A DNA stretch of 63,754 nt, counting the filler, from Octopus bimaculoides (Eukaryota), in NCBI RefSeq assembly GCF_001194135.2. It is 5 parts of 5 records of this genome, joined end to end, with 100 filler letters (N's around TTAATTAATTAA, not from the genome) between each part and the next. Parts side by side here need not be neighbours in the genome. Positions count along the whole stretch, not along the records: positions 26,034 to 36,281 come from NC_068998.1; positions 36,382 to 56,962 come from NC_068982.1; 3 more parts are not named here. One strand, given 5' to 3'. Positions within the stretch are counted from its first letter, which is position 1. Every line of letters begins with the position of its first letter. The notes below the pieces were generated by a model. It saw only the letters and a program-made list of their open reading frames with translations. It did no database searches and had not been told where the DNA came from. Shown here piece by piece: positions 26,453 to 37,545 of the stretch. The position numbers and the translations under genes were made by a program.

Positions 26453-27570
26453 TAAATATACATATATCATCATCATTATCATCATTATTCAAAATCCATA
26501 TTCCAGACTGGCACGAGTTGGACAGTTTACAGAATCCAGTGGGTACAAGGACTGCATTGTGCCCCAATGTTTATTTCGGAATGGTGTTTTTTGGTTGGAT
26601 GCTCTTCTGAACACCAAATATATACATATATATATATATATATATGCATATATACATACATATATGTACATTCCTACATATATATGTATATATACATGCA
26701 TATATGGGTACAGGACATCAAAAAAACGTTAAACACAATGAGAAACGAAAACATAGAAAATGAACATTTTTTCGAACAACGAAAAAAACAAACAGAGAAA
26801 CGAGACATGCAACATAAAGAAGGCGACATTGGTAATGATCACGCTCAAATGTTGCCTTTTACGTGCCACCGGCACGGAAGCCAGACAGCTGCTCTGGCAA
26901 TNNNNNNNNNNNNNNNNNNNNNNNNNNNNNNNNNNNNNNNNNNNNNNNNNNNNNNNNNNNNNNNNNNNNNNNNNNNNNNNNNNNNNNNNNNNNNNNNNNN
27001 NNNNNNNNNNNNNNNNNNNNNNNNNNNNNNNNNNNNNNNNNNNNNNNNNNNNNNNNNNNNNNNNNNNNNNNNNNNNNNNNNNNNNNNNNNNNNNNNNNNN
27101 NNNNNNNNNNNNNNNNNNNNNNNNNNNNNNNNNNNNNNNNNNNNNNNNNNNNNNNNNNNNNNNNNNNNNNNNNNNNNNNNNNNNNNNNNNNNNNNNNNNN
27201 NNNNNNNNNNNNNNNNNNNNNNNNNNNNNNNNNNNNNNNNNNNNNNNNNNNNNNNNNNNNNCAAACATACACAAGAAAATCCCTGGATAAACAACAACAA
27301 AAAAAAAAAGATCTTGTTTGCAACTGAAAATACATGGAAGTTTCCTAAGAAGAATATTGATGCAAAATTCTTTAATAAAAAAATATATAAACTGTTCTTG
27401 CATAGTACTTTTATCCTGATAGCTTATATAGCAACTTTTTTGTTGGTTCTTAGTTGTTGTAATTGCAGCTGAAGACATTAACGAAAGCTTCTAGGCTGAC
27501 AATATTCTCTGCAAATCAGTTATGTTTATATGCAGATACATATATGTGTTTCTGCTATTGTAAGCATATT

Positions 27571-27662
27571 GAAGTCATCACCATTTTACATCTGCTTTTC
27601 TATTAAGGCATGGAGCGAAGTCATCACCATTTTACATCTGCTTTTCTATTAAGGCATGGAGC
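27571..27662. repeat. Perfect 46-bp tandem duplication
   Basis: GAAGTCATCACCATTTTACATCTGCTTTTCTATTAAGGCATGGAGC twice (27571-27616, 27617-27662). Confidence 0.95.
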
Positions 27663-28029
27663 AAATGAGTCAGGTAGGGACCAAGCCAGTGCTTGTTCGA
27701 AGTCACGTCTGTTCCATTTTTTAGAATGTCTTCTATGGGTGAATGCTCCCATTGCCAATCACTTGGATGAATCTACTCAGTATGTTTTGTCGTGATAACA
27801 CAAGAAATTCTGGCTTGCCTTTGGCCAGACTAGTTGATGCTTTTTTGATGTGTTGTATCTCATCAAAGACATTACACATTTTTGTTGTGTTTCGACACAT
27901 CAAAGACATTACAATTTCTTTAATAATGATACCACAACTAGAACATTCTGTAAAATAATGAGGAATGTATGCGAGGATTTCCTGTCAACATGCCAGCATA
28001 TATATTTATGCGTATACAGCATGAAAATC

Positions 28030-29406
28030 TCAAAGAAGTCTCTTGCGTAAGTCTTGAATTTCTTTATCAATAAGAAGTCGCTTAATTCCTCTGGGTAACT
28101 CACGGCAATAAGAAATGTTGAGGTATTTCATATGTTGTAGCTTCTTGAGGAGTAACTGGAGAACTTCAAGAGAAATCTGAGAGTTAAAGACATCTAATCG
28201 AGATAATTGAGATCCAGGAGGCTGGACTAAACCACTTAGTAATTCATTTACTCGATGACGAGGTTCAATATCTGATAGATCCAAGCCTTCCAAAGTCGAG
28301 GAGAACTGAACTAATGAAACATCTTGAATAATGGCGTTCCTGGACAACCGCAGGAATTTAAGTTTATCAGACATAACATAATTAATTACTTCCGGTGTGA
28401 TTTTGCAGAACTGATCAAGTTCAAGGATTTCCAGGTTATGTGAGTTCTTTAGTAATCTTTTCAAAATATTATGAGCTGTTTCAGTCAACACTGAACTTTT
28501 GTCAGACAAACTTAAAGAAAGGTGTTTTAGCATCGGGAACCCAACTGATTCTTCCATTTGTAATTTTGTAATTTTGGGAGACACAAGTGGACATTTTATA
28601 ATGACAAGTTTGGACAGTTTGCGAAGTGAAATTTGGAATTTCTCTATATCAATGTTGAGCCGAGTACAGGAAATATTAATGAGCTCTAAAACCTCAAGAT
28701 TGTGACAGTTGATAAGTTGAGTATTGAACAACTCATTAATCTTCTGCTGTTGGACAGCAATTCCACCAAAAGGGAGATGAGTAAGGCTGTTGGATGAATA
28801 TGTCAGAAGTGATTCTAATGGGACATGGTTTTTTTCAAGAGCTTTGCAATCTAGAAGATTAATTGTAGAAAGTTTAGGGCAGTTCTGAGTTATAGCATCT
28901 ATACCTTCGTTCTTTAGCTTTTTGGTGGTATTTGATATATCCAAGTTTTCTAAATTAGGGCAGTTGAGTGCAACAGCTCTTAATCCTTCGGCAGTCAGAT
29001 TTTTCCATCCATTCAGGTTAAGAGACTTGCATTGTAGAAGACGGTTCTCACTGAGCCATTTCAAAGTGGAATCAACAGACTTTATCCAGCCATATGCAAG
29101 GTCAATGTTTTGCCAGAGTCTTGAGCACTTGGAAGCTTCATACCACGTTCTACAAACTTGTGAAGCTCTGACAAGAAATGGTAAGGCACCTTCCAATTCC
29201 ACACAACGTGAGAAAATCTCAACCCAAACATCAATAGGCACAGCATTGATATGAGAGAAGTGTACAACAGGGGTTTTGTCTTCTGTCACTTTCTGTCGTC
29301 TCTTTTTGCGTAATACCAACTGTTCTTCATCAGAGTCATCCATTGGTATGTAGTCATTGTCCGAGGAATCATCACTGGATGGCCATTCTGTGTACTGTGT
29401 AACCAA
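28030..29406 (-). CDS. FBXL6: F-box and leucine-rich repeat protein 6-like (SCF substrate receptor); uninterrupted ORF, true start uncertain (29343 in-frame ATG, or 29459 ATG with a 1-nt homopolymer shift)
   Basis: 458-codon ORF. F-box at about 29098-29241 (VPIDVWVEIFSRCVELEGALPFLVRASQVCRTWYEASKCSRLWQNIDL) resembles, from recall, the human FBXL6 F-box ([43 protein letters not shown]). It is followed by LRRs (LxxLxLxxC/N) and a C-terminal SYCRELPRGIKR similar to FBXL6 CRCLPRGLKR. An acidic and basic (RKKRR) N-terminal segment precedes the F-box. Confidence 0.88.
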   Translation of the reverse strand: MVTQYTEWPSSDDSSDNDYIPMDDSDEEQLVLRKKRRQKVTEDKTPVVHFSHINAVPIDVWVEIFSRCVELEGALPFLVRASQVCRTWYEASKCSRLWQNIDLAYGWIKSVDSTLKWLSENRLLQCKSLNLNGWKNLTAEGLRAVALNCPNLENLDISNTTKKLKNEGIDAITQNCPKLSTINLLDCKALEKNHVPLESLLTYSSNSLTHLPFGGIAVQQQKINELFNTQLINCHNLEVLELINISCTRLNIDIEKFQISLRKLSKLVIIKCPLVSPKITKLQMEESVGFPMLKHLSLSLSDKSSVLTETAHNILKRLLKNSHNLEILELDQFCKITPEVINYVMSDKLKFLRLSRNAIIQDVSLVQFSSTLEGLDLSDIEPRHRVNELLSGLVQPPGSQLSRLDVFNSQISLEVLQLLLKKLQHMKYLNISYCRELPRGIKRLLIDKEIQDLRKRLL

Positions 29407-29890
29407 GATGGCACTCTTTTTTTTTTCTTCTTGTTCTTTTTTTTTTTTTTGGTTTCCATCTTAGTATATGTAATTCGTCCGAATATATGTATATATATTT
29501 ATGAAAGTATAACAATGTTAAAGCATTAGTTTGTAAATCTAAATGATAATGCTCAGATGGTTATATTGGTTATTTTTTATAAATAGTCTTGCTTTAAAGA
29601 GGACTCTGAACATAGTTCTGATTTTAAAGAAAATAGAGAAACATTCGTTCACGATGCGGCAAAGTGAAAATACAAAATTTCGAGCCTAACATATTTCAGT
29701 CTGGTACATATTTTATTGAAATTTATTTGACAAACCTCTAAGTTGCACCACGTAAAGAGTCTCAACATAAAAATATATATATTCTCACATGCACACACGC
29801 ACTCACTCACACACACACACTGAATGTTTGACTCGTGAATTGAGTTCACACCTCTGCGAACTTAAGGCGAAAGCTGTTACAACTCGGTTT

Positions 29891-30537
29891 GGTGGGCGCA
29901 CGAAAAAGTACTCTGGGTTCCATATCATAGTGTAAATACAGAAATAAACTTACCTACAAGGAAAAGCACTTAGCATTTCGTTTGCAAGTGTCATTGTGTT
30001 ATTTGTAATTGTTACTCAGAAGTGATGTGCAGTAATCTACTCGTTTGCTCTTGTCATCCACTTTTAATTGTTGTACATATCTGAAATGATATGGCTTCAA
30101 CTTAAGACTTTTCGACGCCTATTGACATGACATCCTGCTTATGTGAGACTGCAGCGCCAATTTATGTATTGACTTCTTTAGACTTTGAGTAACCCTTTGG
30201 CGAATGTCTCTTTGTTTTGAGTACTGACCCCATAGCGCGCCACTCCTTAACCAACGTTTGTATTGTTCTCTTTGCCGGTTAACCTTTACCTGGAAATTTT
30301 ACTAAAAATTTTCCCGTGTTTGCTTAACAGAACCCGTTCTCAAATACGCTTCCACGATCTCCACTCTTTTCGTTACTGAGTAGGTCATCTTGCAGAAAAA
30401 GTTAGAGATGTCCACTCAATGCAATTTTAAAATGAACTAATGTGGTGAGGATGGGTGTTCTTTCGTGCGTGTAAATTTATTTCTATATTTACATTATGCT
30501 ACGCGACCCAGGCTACATTTTCGTGCGCCACCTTGTA
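29891..30537 (-). mobile_element. Internally deleted Tc1/mariner element (transposase N-terminus + imperfect TIRs)
   Basis: Minus strand reads MTYSVTKRVEIVEAYLRTGSVKQTRENF..DIRQRVTQSLKKSIHKLALQSHISRMSCQ*ASKSLKLKPYHFRYVQQLKVDDKSKRVDYC. TIR-like pair: GGTGGGCGCACGAAAAAGTA (29891) versus the reverse complement of TACATTTTCGTGCGCCACCTTG-TA (to 30537). Confidence 0.8.
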
Positions 30538-31854
30538 CTTATATTCGTTGGTGTGGGTGTAGTTTCATGCTTTTATTAGTTGGTTGGATTTTTTTTTTTT
30601 TTGCATTAACGGATCCCTCATCAACTAGCACAAGAATGATAAATTATTATGCCACAAAAAATAACCAATGACGTGACAGAAAAATAACTACCAATCATTA
30701 AACATAAAATGCGAAGCGATAAACAAACACAGGCATAAAACCATATCCATACCAACGAATATAAACATATTACCTAACTGAGAACCGTTGTGACGTGAAA
30801 CACAAATTGCGAGATAAGTATTCAGTTTCAATAAACCACATACTTTACAACTTACATTGACCACCCCTATCTCATTTATTACACACGCACACACACGTAC
30901 ACACACGTACACACACACACACACACACACACGCACAGACCACTCAACATACTGGTTAACTCGAGTGTTGGTCACCATTGTCATCGTGTTTTTTTGTTTT
31001 TGATTTTTGTAAGATTATAGTGGAAAGGAACGAAACTCGCGGACATTTTATATATTTATTTAAGGAATATATTTATATATTTATTTAAGGAAAGGCCGTA
31101 CATATATGCATGGATTTTCAGATACTCACTGTACAGAGTCTTAGGATATAGGGATCTACTTTCATAGTGACTAACTACAGTCATTAATGACTTACAATAA
31201 CGAATTGGTCTTGAATAAAAATCGAAATGTGAGTTTATCCAAATCTACTCACATTTCTAGGTTTGCTTTGAGCAAGAGTGAAATAACATGTTTTTAACTG
31301 ACACGATTTCTTCAGGCGCAGGTCTGACGGATGCCAACTATACTATACAAATTGTATTTATCAGCCAATAAGTTTTCTTGGAGCAAGAGACAAGGAAATT
31401 TTAGTCCACCGAATATTGCTAAAGCTTTGCCCTGGTCTGGCTTGCTTGTGATGAGAGGGGAAATATCTGTACCCTTGTTGCTCTCAACCTCTGCTAAGAC
31501 ACTTGGCGCCAAACTGCTTATAACAAGAGAAAAGCATGCCAATCTCAGTCATTCACTTTTGTTCTGATTGTGGCATGATCTCCTGAAAAACCGATTGGTC
31601 GATGCATATAACATACACGTGATAATTGCGTTGTCAATTCGTGGCATTGGCCTGATAACTTAGAGGATGAGATTCAAATCCTAGGTCTCGCAACAGACTC
31701 TTCTACCTGTAAGAAAGTTACAAACGATAGTAGTGAAGTTTGCATGTAAAGTATATCAGAATGCAAGTATATGTGCTAAGGACGAACAAAGTGTAAATGA
31801 TGTAAAAATGTTCGTATTCATAGTCAATATATTGTAACTTAGTAGAAAATTATT

Positions 31855-31985
31855 GAGGTCGACTTGCCTTTCATCTTCTCGGGGTCAATAAAATAAGTAC
31901 TAGTTGAACACTGGGATCAATGTAATCGACCTAACCCCTCCTCCGAACTTGCAAGCCTTGTGCCAAAATTATTATTATTATTATT
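31855..31985 (+). mobile_element. SINE family B 3' part ending in (ATT)n
   Basis: GAGGTCGACTTGCCTTTCATC..GGGGTCAATAAAATAAGTAC..CCTTGTGCCAAAATTATTATTATT. Confidence 0.75.
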
Positions 31986-33657
31986 TCTTTTTATCACAGG
32001 TTTTGTTGGAACTTCTGTGGTTTTGCATACGTAGCGGGCTTACTACCTGCAGCCTACGGTACCATGCTATTTGTTCTTTTCAGCTATCTAATACTTTCCT
32101 GATTATTCTGGCTGTACCAAGGAGGCAAACCTTTTGTAACAGTTCTACTGAGCACTCTATTTCAATTTCCTTGATATTCTTCTTGATTCCTAACAATAAT
32201 TGGCACTATCTTCAGTTTCTTCATTTTCCATAGCTGGGCTACTCCGTACTCAAGAGGGTTGTATTTATTTGGGTTTTTTTACCTTCCTTCTTGACTATTC
32301 GTGGGTCAAAGGGGCATGCAACATCAACTATATAGCACATATGGTGCATCTTGTCGACCACCGCTAGGTCGGGTCTATAATGCTCTAACACCTGATCTGT
32401 TTGGATTGGGAAATCCCAGAGGATTTTGCTAGTCTCCGACTCCGCCACTCTCTGCGATTTGTGATCATACTACCTTTTGCCTCTCTCTAGCCCTCACTTT
32501 TTGCACAGTTTCCAATGTAGCATTTTCGCTACCTGATCATGTCACCACAATTTGTAGTGGTTTTGGGCAAGTCTAGGGCATTCCTTTGTGATATGGGGAA
32601 TGGTTTCATCCACTCTATTACAGATGTGGCGCAGCAGAGACACTTTCTCTCGTGGCCAAAGCTTGGTCTTGAGCTGCCAGTATAGTGCTCTTGGTCTCTT
32701 TTTTTTACTGTACCTTTCTTCAGCCAATCCCACCGATTTTTTTCCGGCAACTTCTGTTGTGGCTACATGGAATTGATTGTGTAGTCCCATGTTGCGTAAT
32801 TCTTCTTCGTGTCCTTTTTGTACTTCTTCCTTCGTTTTTCCTTTTTTTCTCTGCTTTCAATACCCCCTCGTTCCTAACTGACTGACACTAGCAAGGTTTC
32901 CTTACTTTGGGCTAAGTATCTCATTAAGCTCTCGAGTTCGATAAGTGCACAATATTCCACACTTATCAGTCCTCTTCCTCCAGTTGCTCTCTTTATGTAT
33001 AGGCGATCAGTATCTGCATGTGGATGATGGGCTCCATGCATCGTTAGGAGCTTTCTTGACTTCATATCCATTTCCTTTAGCTCTTCCTCTGTCCACTTCA
33101 TGATTCCAGCGTCATATCAAACTACTGCGACTGCATGCAAGTTTATTGCCGAAATTATGTTTCTGGCATTCAGCTTTGAAGCCAGTATTTTTCTCATTCG
33201 CCGCAGGTACTCACTTTTTGCATTTTCCTTCATGTCACTGTGTTTAATTCCATCTGCTTCAAGTATTCCCAGGTATTTATAGCTGGATTGAAGTCGAATT
33301 CCTTCATCATCTCACCACTTGGCAAACCTATGCCTTCTGTCCTGATAAGCTTTCCTTGTCTCATCACAATCGTACATATTTTGATATTTCACTCAAGGTG
33401 TTCATTCCTAGCACAAAGATCAGTGGGGACACACTGTCCCCTTGGAAGATTCCTCTCCTGATTTTCACTTCTCCTAATACTTGATTCCTTGGTGTCAATT
33501 CCGTTCTCCACCGTTTCATACTGTTCCATCTAAGGCTTCTCATGTTTTCTACTACTTCATACATTTTCATTGTTCTTATTATCCAGGAATGTGGTATCGT
33601 ATCGTATGCTTTTCAATAGTCAACCCATGCCATGCTCAGATTTGTGTGTCTTCCCTT
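31986..33657 (-). mobile_element. 5'-truncated R4/Dong-clade non-LTR retrotransposon (RT + CCHC + restriction-like endonuclease), pseudogenised
   Basis: Minus strand reads AWVDY*KAYDTIPHSW, KIRRGIFQGDSVSPLIFVL, WTEEELKEMDMKSRKLLTMHGAHHPHADTDRLYIKRATGGRGL, ILWDFPIQTD..RPDLAVVDK..IVDVACPFD and the C-terminal LGTARIIRKVL. The 3' end runs into (TAA)n. Confidence 0.9.
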
Positions 33658-33676
33658 ATTATCATTACCATCATCA

Positions 33677-33727
<51 letters not shown>

Positions 33728-33849
33728 TTGCCTCGGAGTACATGTTTTCGAATGCTCGAAGTCTTCATTAATTTTATTGCATACACCCATTTGGTGCTGT
33801 TTTTTGTTTAAAATTTTCCTTCCGAATTGTTACTGAGAACTCCAGGAAC

Positions 33850-36281
33850 CTATTTCTGAGTTTTTTTTGTGGTTTTTTGGCCCCGTAAGAGGCAAATTTC
33901 GGCCTTCGAGAATATCATCCAAGACGCGTTAAAAAACAACAATTTCATCAAGATGGCAGCGTCCACCTTAAAACTTTTAAAAACAAAATCATTTCTCCGC
34001 CCCAGCCTTCTTACAGCTGAAGAATCTCTTCCCCTTCCTTCTCTTACCTAAAAAAAAAAAAAAACGGAGGAGATGGAGTAGAGACAAAAGAGATGGAGTA
34101 GAGACAAAAGAGATGGAAATAGACAAAAGTCTAATCCGCAAGAGTAATTGCAATGACAATAGTGGTAGTAGCAGCAGTGGTCGTAGTGGAAGCGACAGCA
34201 ACCGTGGTGATAGTGGCTGTGACAACAACTTGAATAATGGTGGCGGCGAGAGGAATAGTAGCAGAAGCAAAGGCAGTAGTAACAGTAACGTTAGCGTTGA
34301 CAGCAACTTAAGCGATAACGGCAAGAGCAATGAGAGTAGTGGAAGCGGAGTGGTGGGAGGAAGAGGTAGTAGGAACAGCGGAGATGGCCACAACTCCACC
34401 ACCATCATCAAAAATATTTCTTTCGCAGGCACCGCTGCCTCGAAAGAACTGTTTGCACTCTCTCTAGAGGATAAAGCGTCTAAATCAGCGAAGTTTCGAA
34501 AATGGATGGAAGGAGAGTAGAATTAAAACCTCTACCGGAAATCTTAGCGAACACGGCAAGGAAAATAGTAACGTACCATTGCACTAGCCATAAATCAAAA
34601 CGGTTAGAAACGGCAACGAACACCCAGATAGAAAGAGCCCTTCAGAATATATGGCAGATCAGCCATATATCGAGGACAAAGCAGTTCGGCGGAGGGGGGG
34701 GTATTTAAAACTGAGGCCCTGACTATTCAGCACTCGGGGGCCTGTGCAGCGTGAAATTCATGCTCTTCCCTTCGTATATGGGAAGAATGGTGGTTAAGAT
34801 TACCATACAGGGGGTGCCACCAGAGCTAGATCTGTGGTGGGTACTCGTGTGCATAGTAATCAATGAAAATGAAAATGATTATCTCCTGTGGGTGAAGAGA
34901 TCAAGGAGAGAGAACTGAACAGGAATCACACTAGAGGCGCTACTTAATGTAAACAAAGATTTCATGGCCTTCATAACTCAAAATAAAGAGATTGAGAGAG
35001 ATGGAGCAATTCATGACACCAGCACCCTTAAAGTGCCAGAAGAGCTGTTTTTAGTGCGTATGCCACTAACAAGAGCATTCGGGAGATCTTCCCACATGAC
35101 AACAACCTCCAAATGACTTTTAAAGGGGTTCCCAGAGAAACTCCAACCAGAACCGGAAGCCAGGCCATCCGGCCGCCAACAGCACCAGCAGGGTAAGTAA
35201 CCTCGCTCTTTTTCTTTCTCACAACTCTTTCCGACCGACATGGGATTGATTAGAGTGGGATGTATAAATATTCGTGGCCTCGGTCGCCCTGTAAATGTTC
35301 GTGTCATCAGGTCACCTTGAATATGTTCGTGGCCTCAGGTCACTATCTGTGGATGTGCAGCGAAACTAGGATTTCCAACATATGTCATCTGGCCCCCATT
35401 TTCGATGATTTTGAGATCTATGCATCTCTTAGTTGGCCTGGAATGGTGGGTTAGGTGGCAGTGCTGTTTAGGAAAAGCCTGGATCTCGAGGTACGGACGA
35501 TGACGATCTTCCTGGACCCAGAAGGTAAGTTGGTGGTCATGGATGTGAATAACATCGCTGTGTACACCCCAACTGGGGCGGGACAACCAAGATTTCTTCA
35601 GACGTTTGGAACGCCATTTTGGATGCACGCCTGGATAGAGTAGGAATAACTGATAGGAAAGGTGGGTGCAAAAGCCTCACAAACCTGCTCAGTGGTTTCC
35701 AATTGATTGACAGATACCAACTGGATTTCCCAAATGTACTAATTTGGACTTGGGCAAACAACACCTGGTCTTCCAGATTGTATTTAGATAGGATATTCTG
35801 TAGGCCAGCAGATAAAGGTAGCATAGGTTGTCCACAGTTCAAAATCGTCGGCTACACAGATCACAAATTTGTGTCCTGCACGGTCAACCTAAATAGGATC
35901 CATAGGCAGGTCTCTCGACTCTGGAAGCTGAACGCATCTTTCTCAGCACGTCAACCATTCAGAAACCGGGATAGCAAGCTAATCCGTCGAAAGTTGGCGG
36001 GCGCAAACGTCAACAACCGTTGGTTGATAGCCCTCAAAAGGGCTATCAGAGTAGAGGTAGTAGGATTTGGTAAGGAAATAGCCTTAGAGGAATCTAGGAT
36101 AGAGGGAGCACTAGACAGGAAGCTAAATGAGGCGTTTAGCAGTGGCATTGTGACTGACATAATGGCGGCGAGATTGACGCTTGATTAATTTTTCAATGCC
36201 AAGCACGAAGTTTGCCTTGTCAGAGCTAGGGCGCGTGCTCTAAGATACGAGGGGACGAAAGCCGTTCGATGGGTCCGGATA
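33850..36281 (+). mobile_element. Tx1/L1-clade LINE 5' part (decayed ORF1 + APE endonuclease of ORF2)
   Basis: ORF2 start at about 35240 (MGLIRVGCINIRGL), then WTWANNTWSSRLYLDRIFC..GYTDHKFV..RLWKLNAS (SRLDR, xDH and WKLN motifs of L1/Tx1 endonucleases). Upstream are a Ser/Gly/Asn-rich ORF1-like segment and a degenerate Cys/His knuckle. The 5' boundary is approximate and the 3' end is cut by a gap. Confidence 0.78.
34070..34129. repeat. 20-bp tandem repeat x3 (GAGATGGAGTAGAGACAAAA)
   Basis: Two perfect units and one degenerate unit. Confidence 0.9.
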
Positions 36282-36381
36282 NNNNNNNNNNNNNNNNNNN
36301 NNNNNNNNNNNNNNNNNNNNNNNNNTTAATTAATTAANNNNNNNNNNNNNNNNNNNNNNNNNNNNNNNNNNNNNNNNNNNN
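36282..36381. other. Scaffolding linker N44-TTAATTAATTAA-N44
   Basis: 12-mer at 36326-36337. Confidence 0.92.
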
Positions 36382-36447
36382 TATATATATATATTTAATT
36401 TGATATATTATCTTATTTCATATATGGTATGTATATATTACATATAC

Positions 36448-36491
<44 letters not shown>

Positions 36492-37172
36492 CTTTATATG
36501 TATATATATACATATGTTCATTATATATGCTGCATCTATCTATCTATCTACCTATCTATATCTTATATATGTATATGTTATGTATATGGATTATAAATAT
36601 ATATGTCTATATACTTGTATATTATGTATGTAACGCATATATATTTTTGTATGTGTATATATATATATATTATATAATATATATCATAGATATTTATGTA
36701 GTATATATATATGATATGATATATAAGATACATACATCTTATACCCATGCACATACATTTATATAGATAAATTATTCATTATATATTTATACGTGTATAT
36801 TTTATAAATTTATGCAACAATTAATAAATGAGGGACAATAGAATATGAGTTGCATAATCACTTTTTGTAGCTTATGATAGTTTCTGCTATAAGTGAACGT
36901 ACATATAGACTTGAGTACATGTTTAAAATTTTACTGCCTCCTCAGAGTCATTTAAATGCGTGTTTTTCTTTTGTTGAAAACATTTCACTATATATATTGA
37001 TGGGTACATCTGGACGAACATATAATACATAACAGTTAGTTAGTCATAAGGTTAAAATCACATTGGACCACATATATACATAAATATTTTAAGTAAAAAT
37101 ATACATATATAAAAACGTATATACGTATGTATATATGTAAGTACATATAAGAGAAAAGGTGTACGTACGCCG

Positions 37173-37209
<37 letters not shown>

Positions 37210-37214
37210 TTTAT

Positions 37215-37545
37215 TTATTTATTTACGTGTTTCAGCCAAGCGGCTGCGGTCATGCTGGTGCACCACCGTGATTTTCCGTCTTTATGCTGTGCTCTCTTCA
37301 CGTTCCTTACATGGCTCTTCTCCCCACCTGATATGGTCCAATCAAGAGTTTTGATGGCACATCTGGTGTATAAGAGAATTTGATATCGCTGCCCTAAACT
37401 GCGTCTCATTACGAGCCATTGGTTCGTCTGGTATCGTGGAGAGGAAAGCGTCAAGTTTTGTCTTGAAGACCTCCGCATCCATGTCTTGCATGTCTCTCAA
37501 ATGTTTTGGCAGGGCATTGAAGAGCTGAGGTCCTCTGAAACCGAG
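37215..37545 (-). mobile_element. CR1/L2-group LINE 3' end
   Basis: LGFRGPQLFNALPKHLRDM..VFKTKLDAFLSTIPDEP..NSLIHQ is a typical CR1-group ORF2 C-terminus; the 3' tail ends in (TAAA)n. Confidence 0.82.

Noticed and set aside
27571-27662. CRISPR-like array from short direct repeats (also 34070-34129 and 44556-44717)
   Set aside because: The units are adjacent with no unique spacers, there are no cas genes, and the context is eukaryotic.
34113-34520. 135-aa Ser/Gly/Asn-rich ORF (and the antisense Leu/Pro-rich ORF) as a host gene
   Set aside because: It is low-complexity and lies directly upstream of the Tx1/L1 endonuclease; best explained as decayed ORF1 of that LINE.
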